From positions 2,880,001-2,944,000 of the forward strand of contig OZ242296.1 in assembly GCA_965207735.1 (NCBI GenBank): 64,000 nucleotides of DNA. Reading direction: 5' to 3'. Positions within the stretch are counted from its first letter, which is position 1; every line of letters begins with the position of its first letter. Below the pieces are notes generated by a model. It was not told the DNA's origin. It ran no database searches and was given only the letters and a program-made list of their open reading frames with translations. The DNA comes from Candidatus Versatilivorator sp. (GTDB taxonomy: Bacteria > Acidobacteriota > Terriglobia > Versatilivoradales > Versatilivoraceae). A program made the translations under genes and the position numbers. This document shows positions 49,093-58,679 of the stretch, piece after piece.

Positions 49093-49836
49093 GTGAGTTT
49101 CACCAAGCCACATGTAGGACTCAGGCAAGCGTCAAAGCTATGTCGGATGCCTCACGAAGAACGATTGGCCTTCCTCTCCGAAGGATTGCCGATTATCCTC
49201 GGCAGGTCCCGGTCCTTCTGGCAGGCATCGTGCCAACTGAAGAACAGGCCGCGTGAAGCAGAAGTGCTGAAAGGTTTTACAGAGGAGGAAGCTGCCAAGA
49301 TTCTCATCCTCATGGATGCAGTAAGGTGCCCCAAAGCGCTCATCGACTCCAAGATAAGGTGTGTTGTACGTTGGTTCTACAGCCACCTGGCACGACTGAT
49401 TTACGTCGAAGCGATAGGCTGGAGGCCTATACACATTGCGCAATTGCGTGATTACGTTTATCAACACCGAAAGTCGCACTACATCGAAGCAGATTACAGC
49501 GTCATGCCGAACTGGGCCAAATACGAACGCGAAAGCAGGCTCTATGCAGACATCCAGTCTGGTGAGGCAGGTGGACCCAGTTGGAACGACCCCAATCTAA
49601 TTTTTCAGGGTTCAGATCCAGTTACATTCGCATCGGATGTTCCGTTGGTTCTCGAGCTGGTTGAGGCTATGGCCGCTCTTGGCATGTTTACGTCTCAAGG
49701 ATTAAAAGCCACGTCGGATATCTGGGACCAGGTGACATTCACGGCCACCGAAAACGAAGAGAATGCCCGAAAGCTCACGAGTCAGATGATTGAAAGGCGG
49801 TGCAAGGAGAATCTCCCTGACCTCCCCCCAATTTAG
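49093..49836 (+). CDS. AbiV-like (HEPN-type) abortive-infection candidate, possibly 3'-truncated
   Basis: EEEAAKILIL...FYSHLAR and RESRLYAD resemble the AbiV EExxK...H pattern; recognised by eye only. Confidence 0.55.
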   Translation: MSFTKPHVGLRQASKLCRMPHEERLAFLSEGLPIILGRSRSFWQASCQLKNRPREAEVLKGFTEEEAAKILILMDAVRCPKALIDSKIRCVVRWFYSHLARLIYVEAIGWRPIHIAQLRDYVYQHRKSHYIEADYSVMPNWAKYERESRLYADIQSGEAGGPSWNDPNLIFQGSDPVTFASDVPLVLELVEAMAALGMFTSQGLKATSDIWDQVTFTATENEENARKLTSQMIERRCKENLPDLPPI

Positions 49837-50216
49837 GTCCACCTCAAAAGTGAGGAACTGAACTACGGTTCTTGGGGCAAGTATTGGGGCAACTAGGTTC
49901 GCTGTATTGGCCACCATTTATTGTGTTTCAATAACCTATGAGGAATATTCGGTTGTCGCCCCCACTACCGTTTTCATGGAAAGGAATTTCCGCGACCGGA
50001 CGGCCGCGGCCCCATTGAAGCAATGATGGGGGGCATCTTTGGGGGCAACATGACATATTCAAGGAAGCTAATGCGTTTAAAATCATTCCTTTATGGCTAT
50101 AATATGGTAGTCATCACTCACCCCCCTTTGTCTGAAACACCCCTGTTCCGCCCCTCATGAACCACCCCGTCGTATGGGGCGGTGGCGCGGCTAGGTGAAA
50201 AGTGAAGAGTGGTTAG

Positions 50217-51914
50217 CCCGCATTTCTCACCAGAGTTCGCACAGGAGCGGTAAAAGGGGCCATGGAGGCATTTGAGGCCGAGTTTAACAACGTTGGTGGC
50301 TGGATCGGTAGGCAAAGGCCAACAGCGGAGGCTTCTGAGGCTCTCCGAGGAACCTCAGGCGGCATTTTCCCTCGAAAACAGCGACACCTCTGCCATCGGG
50401 CCTGGTGGCCGCGTCTTCAAGGGCCAGGAGTGACGGTCGGGTCAGGGCACCTCAGGGCGGCAGGTGAGCCCAAGCGATGCGGAACTCCCTCTGGTAAGGA
50501 CATCCGGAAGCCATGGCGACCTTGATGCGACGGACCGAGATGGTGACCTGAGCGCCGATCTTGAGCAGTTTGAGTCTGATGGAACCGACGGTGGCCCGGG
50601 CCAGGCAGGTGGATTGCAGCGCCCGCCGGCGCAAGCCCTCCACCAGCACATAGGCGAAAGAGGTCATCAGGAGCCGGAGCTGATTCGCCCGGAAGGAGTG
50701 GGTGGAGGTGCGATCGGCAAACAGGTCGAGTTGCTGCTCCTTGATGCGGTTTTCCATCTCACCGCGGGCACAGTAGATCTTCTCATAGAGGAACTGGGCG
50801 GGGTAGTCCTGGACCGACAGAGAGGTGACGACGAAGCGGGGGTTGGGGCCGCGGGGCAGGACCTCGGCTTTGGCGACCAGGCGGCGCTCGTGGGACCAGC
50901 TCTTGTGAGTGCGGTAGGAGAGGTCGGTGAAGATCCGGGCGGGCTGCTGTTGCTGGTCTGAGAGGGCCTGGGCCTGAGCCAACTCGGGGGCGATGGCGTC
51001 TTGGAGGCGGGAGTTGCGGGCCAGGCCGAAGAGATAGTCGACCTGATGCTGCTCACACCACCCCATCAGCTCCTCACGGGCAAAGCCGGAGTCGGCCCGC
51101 AGCAGGATCTTGACCTGAGGCCAGACACGCCGTAGGCGGGAGACGATGCGCTGGACCTGCTCCAGAGCGCCGGCGGAGGCATCGATGTTGGCGGGTCTGA
51201 GCAGGGCCGAGAGCAGATGGCGGCCCGAGAAGATGTAGAGGGGCAGGTAGCAGTAGCCTCGGTAGTAGCCGTGGAAGAAGCGGTCCTCTTGTTCCCCGTG
51301 GAGGGGATCGTCAGTGGCGTCGAGGTCGAGGATGATCTCATCGGGGGGTTGGGGATGGGCTTGCAGAAACAGTTTCACCAGGAGGGCTTGCAAGGCCTCG
51401 GGGTCGTGGTCAATCTTGTGGTAGCGGGTGGGGCCTTGGGTGGGGGCGTGTTCGAGTCGGTTGAGGGTGCTCTTGCCTGCCAGGGGAGGCGAGTCGCCAC
51501 GACGGCCTTTCTCTGAAAACAAGGCCATGAGGGGATCGTGACGGAGTTGGTCGTGGTCGATGAGATCCTCGTAGCCGAGGGCGATGCCACGGATGCGCTG
51601 AGCGATGAGGGTGCGCAGGCTGTATTGGGTCCGCTTGGGGTCGCGGTGATCGGTGAAACAGTCGGCCACCTGGTCGGAGAGAGATAAGCCCCGATCCACC
51701 CGGCGCAACAGCAGGGAGCCGGCATCGGAAGTGATGGGACCGCCGTCGAAATCAGCCACCACGCGGCGGCGGCCGTGGGGTTCAAACTCCAGGGGTTTGG
51801 TGTTACACTGTGTCGGCATCGGTTCTCCTTTAAGAATCTGGTTAACTCCTTAGACAAGAGTATTTTACCAGATTCCGAGAACCGATGCTTCCTACCTCTG
51901 GTGAGAAATGCGGG
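50217..51914 (-). mobile_element. IS1380-family element, copy 2 (1698 bp, inverted)
   Basis: Same TIRs; TTAG flanks at 50213-50216 and 51915-51918; one synonymous difference noticed versus copy 1. Confidence 0.93.
50452..51819 (-). CDS. IS1380-family DDE transposase (protein identical to copy 1)
   Basis: Identical 455-aa translation in the ORF track. Confidence 0.93.
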   Translation of the reverse strand: MPTQCNTKPLEFEPHGRRRVVADFDGGPITSDAGSLLLRRVDRGLSLSDQVADCFTDHRDPKRTQYSLRTLIAQRIRGIALGYEDLIDHDQLRHDPLMALFSEKGRRGDSPPLAGKSTLNRLEHAPTQGPTRYHKIDHDPEALQALLVKLFLQAHPQPPDEIILDLDATDDPLHGEQEDRFFHGYYRGYCYLPLYIFSGRHLLSALLRPANIDASAGALEQVQRIVSRLRRVWPQVKILLRADSGFAREELMGWCEQHQVDYLFGLARNSRLQDAIAPELAQAQALSDQQQQPARIFTDLSYRTHKSWSHERRLVAKAEVLPRGPNPRFVVTSLSVQDYPAQFLYEKIYCARGEMENRIKEQQLDLFADRTSTHSFRANQLRLLMTSFAYVLVEGLRRRALQSTCLARATVGSIRLKLLKIGAQVTISVRRIKVAMASGCPYQREFRIAWAHLPP

Positions 51915-52099
51915 TTAGTGGTTAGTTATTAGATCGACACGTTAAGCACCTTCCCTGCGGCATCCTGTTCCACCCGCCAATCAACAACTCATCAATCAGA
52001 GTTTATTGGTGTTCATTCGTGTCCATTCGTGGTTCGTCGTTTTCCATTGTGAGCACCACCAATCCGTGGTTTCGTTGTCAGACCGAGCTTTGGGTAGTT

Positions 52100-52429
52100 T
52101 CACTTGGGCGGAAGGGATTCGGCGAACCTGGCGGCTCTGTTTACCCAGGCCGCCAGATCTTCCTCGGATGCGATGCCGGCCGGCTCCACCAGTGCCCATC
52201 CCTTCATGACCCGGCCATTCATGTCAGCCGGCTTGGTGTGCGGTTCCGTAAGCGTTCGATCGTGGTTCTTCTTGTCAAGCCGCACGATGAGCGATCCCTT
52301 CCAGGTGCCGACGCACATGTTTCCGTTGATCATGAAGCAGGCGCCGCCGAACATCTTCCGCTCGGAGACCCTCTCCCGCTTCGACAGGATCTGACGTATC
52401 CGCTGGTTCAGGGGCTCGTCGTTCGCCAT
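52100..52429 (-). CDS. TfoX/Sxy N-terminal-domain protein
   Basis: ERKMFGG.CFMINGNM.VG...GRVMKGW; GGAGGA SD before ATG 52429. Confidence 0.85.
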   Translation of the reverse strand: MANDEPLNQRIRQILSKRERVSERKMFGGACFMINGNMCVGTWKGSLIVRLDKKNHDRTLTEPHTKPADMNGRVMKGWALVEPAGIASEEDLAAWVNRAARFAESLPPK

Positions 52430-52458
52430 GTCCTCCCTCCTTCGCCGCGGCTCCGAGC

Positions 52459-53388
52459 CTACGACCGGCCCCGGTTCCACACCAGACGGTCTCGCTGTTT
52501 CTTCAGAAACTCCATCGGGCGCGCAGGGGCGCCGTCCCCGCCAGCCTCCTCGATCCACCGGTCGAACAGTCGAATCCCCTCATCCACCCGTTTCCGATGG
52601 ATGAAGTCATTGGCCAGCCATTCGTAGAAGACGGGGTTGGAGGGAAACTGGCCGATCATGCGGAACAGCAGGTCGCTGTAGTCGACGAAGCGGCGTTCGC
52701 TGTAATAGACCCCCAACAGGACGATCTTGGCCGTGGTCTGGCCGTATTCGCCCTTTTGCGCCACCGTCTCCAACTGCCTGAGTCCCTCTTCCCGATCGCC
52801 TCGGGCTCCAATCAGGAAGGCGAAGGGCTTGATGACGGCCGGCAGGGCTCCGCTGAAGTAGTTGAAGCCGCCGATGCCTATCAGGCAGTCGATGTAGTCC
52901 GGCCGCAACTCGGCGGCCTGCTGGTTGTGATATCTGCCCTTCAGGGCTGCCAGCATCGCACCCAGGTAGCTTCGATTAACGGTGACCTTGAATCGAGAGC
53001 GATTGGCGTAGGCCTTGGCCAGGTAGAGCCAGGCGTAGAAGTCTCCCTCATCCTTTTTCAGCAGAGCCTTGCCCTTGTCGATGGCTTGAGCGGTGTAGCG
53101 CTCGAACGACCGGGCAAGCCGTTTGTTGCGCTTGTCCAGCAGGGCCTTCCACCAGAAGATTTCCGCCCGGTACACATAGCCGATCGAACGATCCGGATGG
53201 TCCTTCACCATTTGGGTGAAGACTCGATCGGCCCGGTCCAGGTGGTATCCGTAGAGAAGCTGGAGACCCTTTCGCAACTGCTGCCCCAGTTCGGGATGGG
53301 TCTCGAGAAGTCCCTCAGAGGCGGCCGGCAGACACAGGCCCAGCAGCCATGCAACGGCGACCAACCCAGCGCCTGACTTTCTGCCCAC
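52459..53388 (-). CDS. Exported TPR-like helical-repeat protein
   Basis: Signal peptide and helical repeats (LRPDYIDC..GIG). Confidence 0.75.
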   Translation of the reverse strand: MGRKSGAGLVAVAWLLGLCLPAASEGLLETHPELGQQLRKGLQLLYGYHLDRADRVFTQMVKDHPDRSIGYVYRAEIFWWKALLDKRNKRLARSFERYTAQAIDKGKALLKKDEGDFYAWLYLAKAYANRSRFKVTVNRSYLGAMLAALKGRYHNQQAAELRPDYIDCLIGIGGFNYFSGALPAVIKPFAFLIGARGDREEGLRQLETVAQKGEYGQTTAKIVLLGVYYSERRFVDYSDLLFRMIGQFPSNPVFYEWLANDFIHRKRVDEGIRLFDRWIEEAGGDGAPARPMEFLKKQRDRLVWNRGRS

Positions 53389-53602
53389 GGCCCCTCACCT
53401 CCGAGTGCATTGTACTGTACCCGCCCCCTCCCCGGCGCTTTACAATCGGTCCGGAAAGGACTAAGTTCTGGAGGTCGCTCAGTCATTCCAGCCCCAATCA
53501 ACCCCAGCGCCGGCGTGCCCGGAAGCCCCGGTCCGAGGGGGAAGCGGCTTCCAAGCCTGGATCCATCAGGCAGATACCATCTTTGAATCGAGAGGGGGTG
53601 CT

Positions 53603-54913
53603 ATGAACCAGCCGGCAAGCGAGGGTCAGAGGCTGTCTCGCCGCGGCTTTATGGTCCAGGCCGGGTCGGCCGGCCTGGCCTTGGGAGTGGCCCCGGACAG
53701 CAGCTACGCACAATCAGGAGGTAATAGCGCCATGAAGATCACCGGGATCCAGACCTACAAATTTTCGGTCCCGACGGGCCAGGAAATTCGCGATCCCAAC
53801 ACCGGAGAACTCATTTCGAGCACGGCCAAGCCCTGGCTTTGGCTGAAGATCACCACCAATGCCGGCATTGTGGGCTGGGGGGAGGGCAGCGGGGAGTGGC
53901 TGGTGCCCTCGGTGGAAGCCACCCTGCACGAGTGGAAGCCGCTGCTGATCGGACAGGATCCGCTGGGCGTGGTCCGGTTGACCGAGGACATCCAGAACCG
54001 GCTTCCCTGGAAAGGCGGCGCCACCTTCGGCACGGCTATCGCGGCCATCAACATCGCGCTCTACGATATCGCCGGCAAGGCCTGGGGGGTGCCCATCCAC
54101 ACCATCCTCGGAGGCCGAAGACGCCACAAGGTCAGGGTCTACACCGGGGGCGCCCTGTTCGACAGCCCGGAGACGGCCGTGGCGCAAGCGAAAAAGATGG
54201 CCGAGGCCGGCTTCGCCGGGGTCAAGGGCAATCCCCTGGAGACCCGCACCTGGCCCATGGACGAGGCCGCCGTGGCCCACAGCGTGGCCTGCGTGGAGGC
54301 CATGCGCAGTGCCATGGGCCCCCACTTCGATATCCTTCTGGATACCCATGGAAGCCCCACCCCGGAGCTGAGCCTCGACTATGCCCGCCGGGTGGCTCCC
54401 TACAAGCCGCTCTTTCTGGAAGAACCCGTCAAGGTGGGGTCGATCGATGCCTTGCTGGCGGTCTCCAGGAACAGTCCGGTGCCCATTGCCACCGGAGAGA
54501 AGCTCTTTACCCTGAACGACTTCAAACCCATCATCGATCAGCGGGCCTGCGCGGTGCTGCAGCCGGACACGCTGCACGCTTTCGGGATCACTTCTCTGCT
54601 GGAGATCGCCAAGGCGGCCGAGCAGAACCAGATGCTGATGGCACCCCATATCGGAGGTGGGCCGATCTACTACGGCGCCAGCCTGGCCGCCGATTCGGTG
54701 ATGAACAATTTCCTGATCCAGGAGACCGGCTATTGGGATCTGTTCGACCGCTTCGTGGAGCACGAATGGCAGATAAAGGACGGATACGTCAACGTGACCG
54801 ATCTGCCCGGGCTGGGAGTCGAGGTCAAGGAGCAGGACATCGCCAAGATGCCCTACCAGCCGCTGCCTTTCCGGCAATACCGCCACGAGGACGGAAGCTG
54901 GAAAGGGTGGTAG
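53603..54913 (+). CDS. Mandelate racemase/galactonate dehydratase-like enzyme with twin-arginine leader
   Basis: SRRGFM Tat motif; GWGE, ALYDIAGKA.G.P, DTHG, FLEEP, ATGE, APH. Confidence 0.9.
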   Translation: MNQPASEGQRLSRRGFMVQAGSAGLALGVAPDSSYAQSGGNSAMKITGIQTYKFSVPTGQEIRDPNTGELISSTAKPWLWLKITTNAGIVGWGEGSGEWLVPSVEATLHEWKPLLIGQDPLGVVRLTEDIQNRLPWKGGATFGTAIAAINIALYDIAGKAWGVPIHTILGGRRRHKVRVYTGGALFDSPETAVAQAKKMAEAGFAGVKGNPLETRTWPMDEAAVAHSVACVEAMRSAMGPHFDILLDTHGSPTPELSLDYARRVAPYKPLFLEEPVKVGSIDALLAVSRNSPVPIATGEKLFTLNDFKPIIDQRACAVLQPDTLHAFGITSLLEIAKAAEQNQMLMAPHIGGGPIYYGASLAADSVMNNFLIQETGYWDLFDRFVEHEWQIKDGYVNVTDLPGLGVEVKEQDIAKMPYQPLPFRQYRHEDGSWKGW

Positions 54914-54931
54914 GGACGGTGGGGCTCCCCT

Positions 54932-56734
54932 TCATCCCCCGCTTACTCGAACCGGTTCGGCTCTCTCGGGAGTGACCCGGATGAGCTGGGCCCGCACTCG
55001 CGGGTCGGAATACTTGCCGTCATAGATGTAGAGCACCACGTCCGGCTCCACTTCCAGGGAGAAGCCGTTGGCGTAGAAGGGCGTGTCGATCCGGGTGGTC
55101 CGCCAGGTCATGCCGTCGTCCCGGCTCACCTGCAGGCCCACCCCGGGGTGGCGCCCGGCGATGACCAGGTAGCCGGACTCGGTAGAGGTCATGGAGTTGG
55201 TGGCCGCATACATGGGGAAGGGTCCCCGGGCGGCCGGACTCCAGCTCTTGCCACCGTCGGTGGACCAGCTCTCCCACATCCAGGGCGAGGTGTAGGCCCG
55301 AGTCAGGGCTACGATGTGCCCCTGGCGGGTTTCGGCGGCCGAGACTTCCGAACCCGTCTCCTTGGCCACCATGAAGTATTGGGGACTGGGATTGGGGCCG
55401 TTGACATCGACCGGCGCCGACCAGGTCTTGCCTCCGTCGGTCGAGCGGATGGAGAAGCCGAAATCGGCCTCGGTGATGGGCCCCCAGTAACGAACCCCGC
55501 CTTTCTCCATTATGGCGCCGTGCACGCTCTCGTTGGGTCCCACCGCGTAGCCGAAGCGCAGCAGGTTCCCGTTCTTCAGTTCCACTATCTTCCCCACGTA
55601 GGCGTTTCCCACCTCCAGGCCCTTGGCGAACTTGAGCCGGCCCCGCTCCTCGATGTCCCCCCAGGTCTTGCCGTTGTCGCTGGAGGCGGCGGTCAGAATC
55701 CGGAAGGGCGGCTCATGCTGGACCCAGTGCAGCCGTAGCAGGCCGTCGGTACCGGTATGGAAGCTCCCGTGCTTGAGAGCCTCCGGAAGCTTCCAGGGTT
55801 CGGACCAGCTTCTTGCGTTGTCGGTGGAGCGGAGCAGCACCTGCACGGCTCCCGGGACCAGATGCTCCTTGGCCACCGCCAGCTTCATGATCAGGTCGCC
55901 GTTGGGAGCACGCCCCAGGCTGGAGGCGTACTGCCACTTGCCCAGAGGGGTGTCGCCCAGGGGGTAGACATAGTTCCGGACCGGCTTGGGTCCCGGGTCC
56001 CAGGCCACCGAGCTGTCTTTTCGCCCCCGAATCCTCACGTTTCGAAAGCTGCTGCCCGCGCCGATATTGACTACAGGGTCCCCGTATGGGCCAACGGTGT
56101 CGGGATCCCGGGCGTTAAAGCTCTCCAGGCCCACGAAGCCCGGTCCGGCGTAGGTGTCGTCCCTGACCACCGGCAGCGGGCGGCCATTCACCCAGAGACG
56201 AAACTCGGGCCCCTCGACCACCAGTCTGACCGTGTGCCAGATCCCGATCTCGCTGGGCACGCCGTGGACCAGCTCCTTCTGCAGAAATCGCACCCAGCCC
56301 GATTCGTCAACCTTGGAGATGGCCGCCCAGAAGTGCTCGGCCCGGTACTGCTGGCCGGTGCAGGGGAAGTGGGCCATGTAGTATTGTTGGGCATCCGTGG
56401 CGCGAAACATCAGGCCTGCGCCGCAGTTCTGGATGTTCCAGCGGAAGTCGAACTCGGCCTCGAAGTCGGTATAGGCCCGGCTGGTGTTGAACGCCAGGTG
56501 CTCGTTGGCCGCCTTTCTGGGCGGGGTCATCACTCCCTCCCCGCTCTCCTCCCACTCCCCTCCGATGAACTGCCACTGGTCCTTGCCAAGGCTCAGCGAC
56601 TCGAACTCCGCCGGGGGCGGGCTGGGAAGGGTGCAGCCGGACCCCGCCAGCAGCAGGAGCAGGCAGACGGCCGGCAGCAGCCGGGCTGGATCCTTTCGGA
56701 CAACGGGACTCACGGTGACTCTGGCTGGCGACAT
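54932..56734 (-). CDS. Lipoprotein: DUF1080-like domain plus BNR/sialidase-like propeller
   Basis: Lipobox-like GSGC; YTDFEAEFDF...WHTVRL...FRNVRI; Asp boxes STDNARSW, SSDNGKTW, STDGGKTW, STDGGKSW, SRDDGMTW. Confidence 0.85.
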   Translation of the reverse strand: MSPARVTVSPVVRKDPARLLPAVCLLLLLAGSGCTLPSPPPAEFESLSLGKDQWQFIGGEWEESGEGVMTPPRKAANEHLAFNTSRAYTDFEAEFDFRWNIQNCGAGLMFRATDAQQYYMAHFPCTGQQYRAEHFWAAISKVDESGWVRFLQKELVHGVPSEIGIWHTVRLVVEGPEFRLWVNGRPLPVVRDDTYAGPGFVGLESFNARDPDTVGPYGDPVVNIGAGSSFRNVRIRGRKDSSVAWDPGPKPVRNYVYPLGDTPLGKWQYASSLGRAPNGDLIMKLAVAKEHLVPGAVQVLLRSTDNARSWSEPWKLPEALKHGSFHTGTDGLLRLHWVQHEPPFRILTAASSDNGKTWGDIEERGRLKFAKGLEVGNAYVGKIVELKNGNLLRFGYAVGPNESVHGAIMEKGGVRYWGPITEADFGFSIRSTDGGKTWSAPVDVNGPNPSPQYFMVAKETGSEVSAAETRQGHIVALTRAYTSPWMWESWSTDGGKSWSPAARGPFPMYAATNSMTSTESGYLVIAGRHPGVGLQVSRDDGMTWRTTRIDTPFYANGFSLEVEPDVVLYIYDGKYSDPRVRAQLIRVTPERAEPVRVSGG

Positions 56735-56971
56735 GATTCACTCTCCTTGGTTTCGGGAGGCATTCTATCGCAGTTTTCGGACCGATTGACAGACCATTCC
56801 CCAGGCTGCACAATCGGTGTTTCCCCCCGAATCCTTCAGGGGAAGACGGGATGGCGGGTGTCGGGTACTCGGGGCGCCTGGCGGCGTGGGCGGACCTGAA
56901 ATTCGACTCCTGCCTCGGGCGCAGAAGGTGGCGCAATCCCCCCCCGGGCAGCCGGAAACGCGGGCTGAGAG

Positions 56972-58360
56972 ATGCCGAAAACCAAGGTTCCTGCTCCGGG
57001 TGTGGCGCAGAGCCGGCGAGGCCGATGGGGCCTGCCTGTCCTGCTGCTGGCGATGCTCTGCCTGGGGACGGCTTGCCAAATGGGGAGCACCCCTCCCAAC
57101 ATCCTGCTCATCATCGCCGACGATCAGGGCTATGGCGACTTCGGCTTCATGGGCAACCCGCTGGTGCGGACCCCTCACATCGACGAGCTGGCCAGCCGCT
57201 CGGCCCGATTCGTCAACGGCTACGTGCCCAACAGCCTGTGCCGCCCCTCCCTGGCCACCCTGCTGACCGGGCTCTACCCCCATCAGAGCGGCGTCACCTT
57301 CAACCGCCCCTATTTCGACCTGCCCCATACCCTGGAGAACCGCCATCGAGCCAGCTACCTGGTGCGCCGGGTGGACACCCTTCCCCGCCTGCTCTCCCGG
57401 GCCGGATACCGGACGCTGCAAACCGGGAAGCACTGGGAAGGCGATTTCGCCAACGCGGGTTTCGATGAGGGCATGACCCTGGCCAAGCCCCATCCAATTG
57501 AGAAGGACCCGGCCTTTGCCGCACTGGGCATGAAATCGGGACACGGCAACGGCGACGCCGGGTTGACCATCGGGCGGAAGACCCTGCAGCCCATCTATGA
57601 CTTCGTCGACCGGGCGGCCGCGGACGGAAAGCCCTTCTTTGTCTGGTACGCCCCTTTTCTGCCCCACCTGCCCCACAACCCGCCCCGCAGACACCTCGAG
57701 CCTTACGCGGAGGATGCCCGCCTGGCCGCCCACCTGGCTCCCTACTACGCTTGCATCAGTTGGTTGGACGAAACCGTGGGGGAGTTGCTGGGCGCCCTGC
57801 GGCAGCGGGACCTACTTCGCCGGACCCTGGTGGTTTTCGTAGTCGACAACGGCTACGTGGTGGACCCGGAGAATCCCAACCTTTCGGTGCGCAGCAAGAA
57901 CACCCCCTTCGAGCAGGGCCTCAGGACCCCTGTCCTGGTCGGTTGGGAGGGGCAGGCCAGACCCCGAACCCATGCCGGCCTGGTGAGCACCATCGACCTG
58001 GTTCCGACGCTGCTGGCCGCGGCCGGCATCGAGGAGGCGGGCGGGGACCTTCCGGGGCTGAACCTGTTGCCGGTCGTCAGGGGGCGGGTTTCCCTGCCGG
58101 CGCGACCGGTCTTCGGCGAGATCTATCGCGGCTATGCCATGGAGTTGGAACAGCCTGAAGCAGAGGTTGTTTACCGCTGGGTGCGCTGGGGGAACCACAA
58201 GTTGATCCTCCCCGAGGGCTCGGATGAGGAGACAATGCTGTTCGATTTGACTGCCGACCCCAACGAGTTGAACAATCTGGCCGGGAGTCCCCAAATGAGG
58301 AGCCGCCGGCAGGAAATGGAACGGTTGCTGGATGGCTGGTGGAACCCGCGAAAGGAGTAG
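56972..58360 (+). CDS. Sulfatase (lipoprotein)
   Basis: PNILLIIADDQG, TPHIDELA, LCRPSLATLLTG, GKHW, DNG, DPNELNNLA. Confidence 0.92.
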   Translation: MPKTKVPAPGVAQSRRGRWGLPVLLLAMLCLGTACQMGSTPPNILLIIADDQGYGDFGFMGNPLVRTPHIDELASRSARFVNGYVPNSLCRPSLATLLTGLYPHQSGVTFNRPYFDLPHTLENRHRASYLVRRVDTLPRLLSRAGYRTLQTGKHWEGDFANAGFDEGMTLAKPHPIEKDPAFAALGMKSGHGNGDAGLTIGRKTLQPIYDFVDRAAADGKPFFVWYAPFLPHLPHNPPRRHLEPYAEDARLAAHLAPYYACISWLDETVGELLGALRQRDLLRRTLVVFVVDNGYVVDPENPNLSVRSKNTPFEQGLRTPVLVGWEGQARPRTHAGLVSTIDLVPTLLAAAGIEEAGGDLPGLNLLPVVRGRVSLPARPVFGEIYRGYAMELEQPEAEVVYRWVRWGNHKLILPEGSDEETMLFDLTADPNELNNLAGSPQMRSRRQEMERLLDGWWNPRKE

Positions 58361-58497
58361 TTCCGGCTCTAATCCACCGCTCTTGGGAAGGGCGCACGAG
58401 CCAAGCAATACCGAGGTGAGTTGTTTCCGTCGAGACGCATCGTGGCGTAACCGCCATTGGTGAATCATCCCCCGGGCGCCAGACCGGGAGTTCCAGT

Positions 58498-58585
58498 AAG
58501 CCGCGAATGCGGCGGCAGCAGGTAGCCGTGGGCGTAAGCCCATGGAAACGGCAACTCCACCCCCGAGCCGCGTAGGCGGCGACAG
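58498..58585. repeat. REP-like family B copy
   Basis: AGCCGCGAATGCGGCGGCAGCAGGTAGCCGTGGGCGTAAGCCCATGG...GAGCCGCGTAGGCGGCG. Confidence 0.85.
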
Positions 58586-58679
58586 CAACCAACTCGCGAG
58601 GGAAGCTCAACACGTATATGCGGGCCGGCTGCCTGGTTGGTTTGCCCACGGAGGAGTGGGAGGAGGAAACACCAACACC

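Larger units (their letters stand above)
39940..50124. mobile_element. Decayed genomic island integrated at the tRNA-His 3' end
   Basis: CATCACTCACCCC at 39940-39952 is repeated at 50112-50124, preceded by TGGGGGCA arm-like repeats (50027-50048); AT-richer cargo and plasmid remnants inside. Confidence 0.75.

Noticed and set aside
45517-50216. Fixed inversion between the two IS1380 copies
   Set aside because: Both pentapeptide gene halves and both TTAG duplications are collinear.
57230-57270. Sulfatase motif CRPSL instead of CxPxR as a sign of inactivity or novelty
   Set aside because: The catalytic Cys and the other motifs are intact, and from memory this variant occurs in other bacterial sulfatases.
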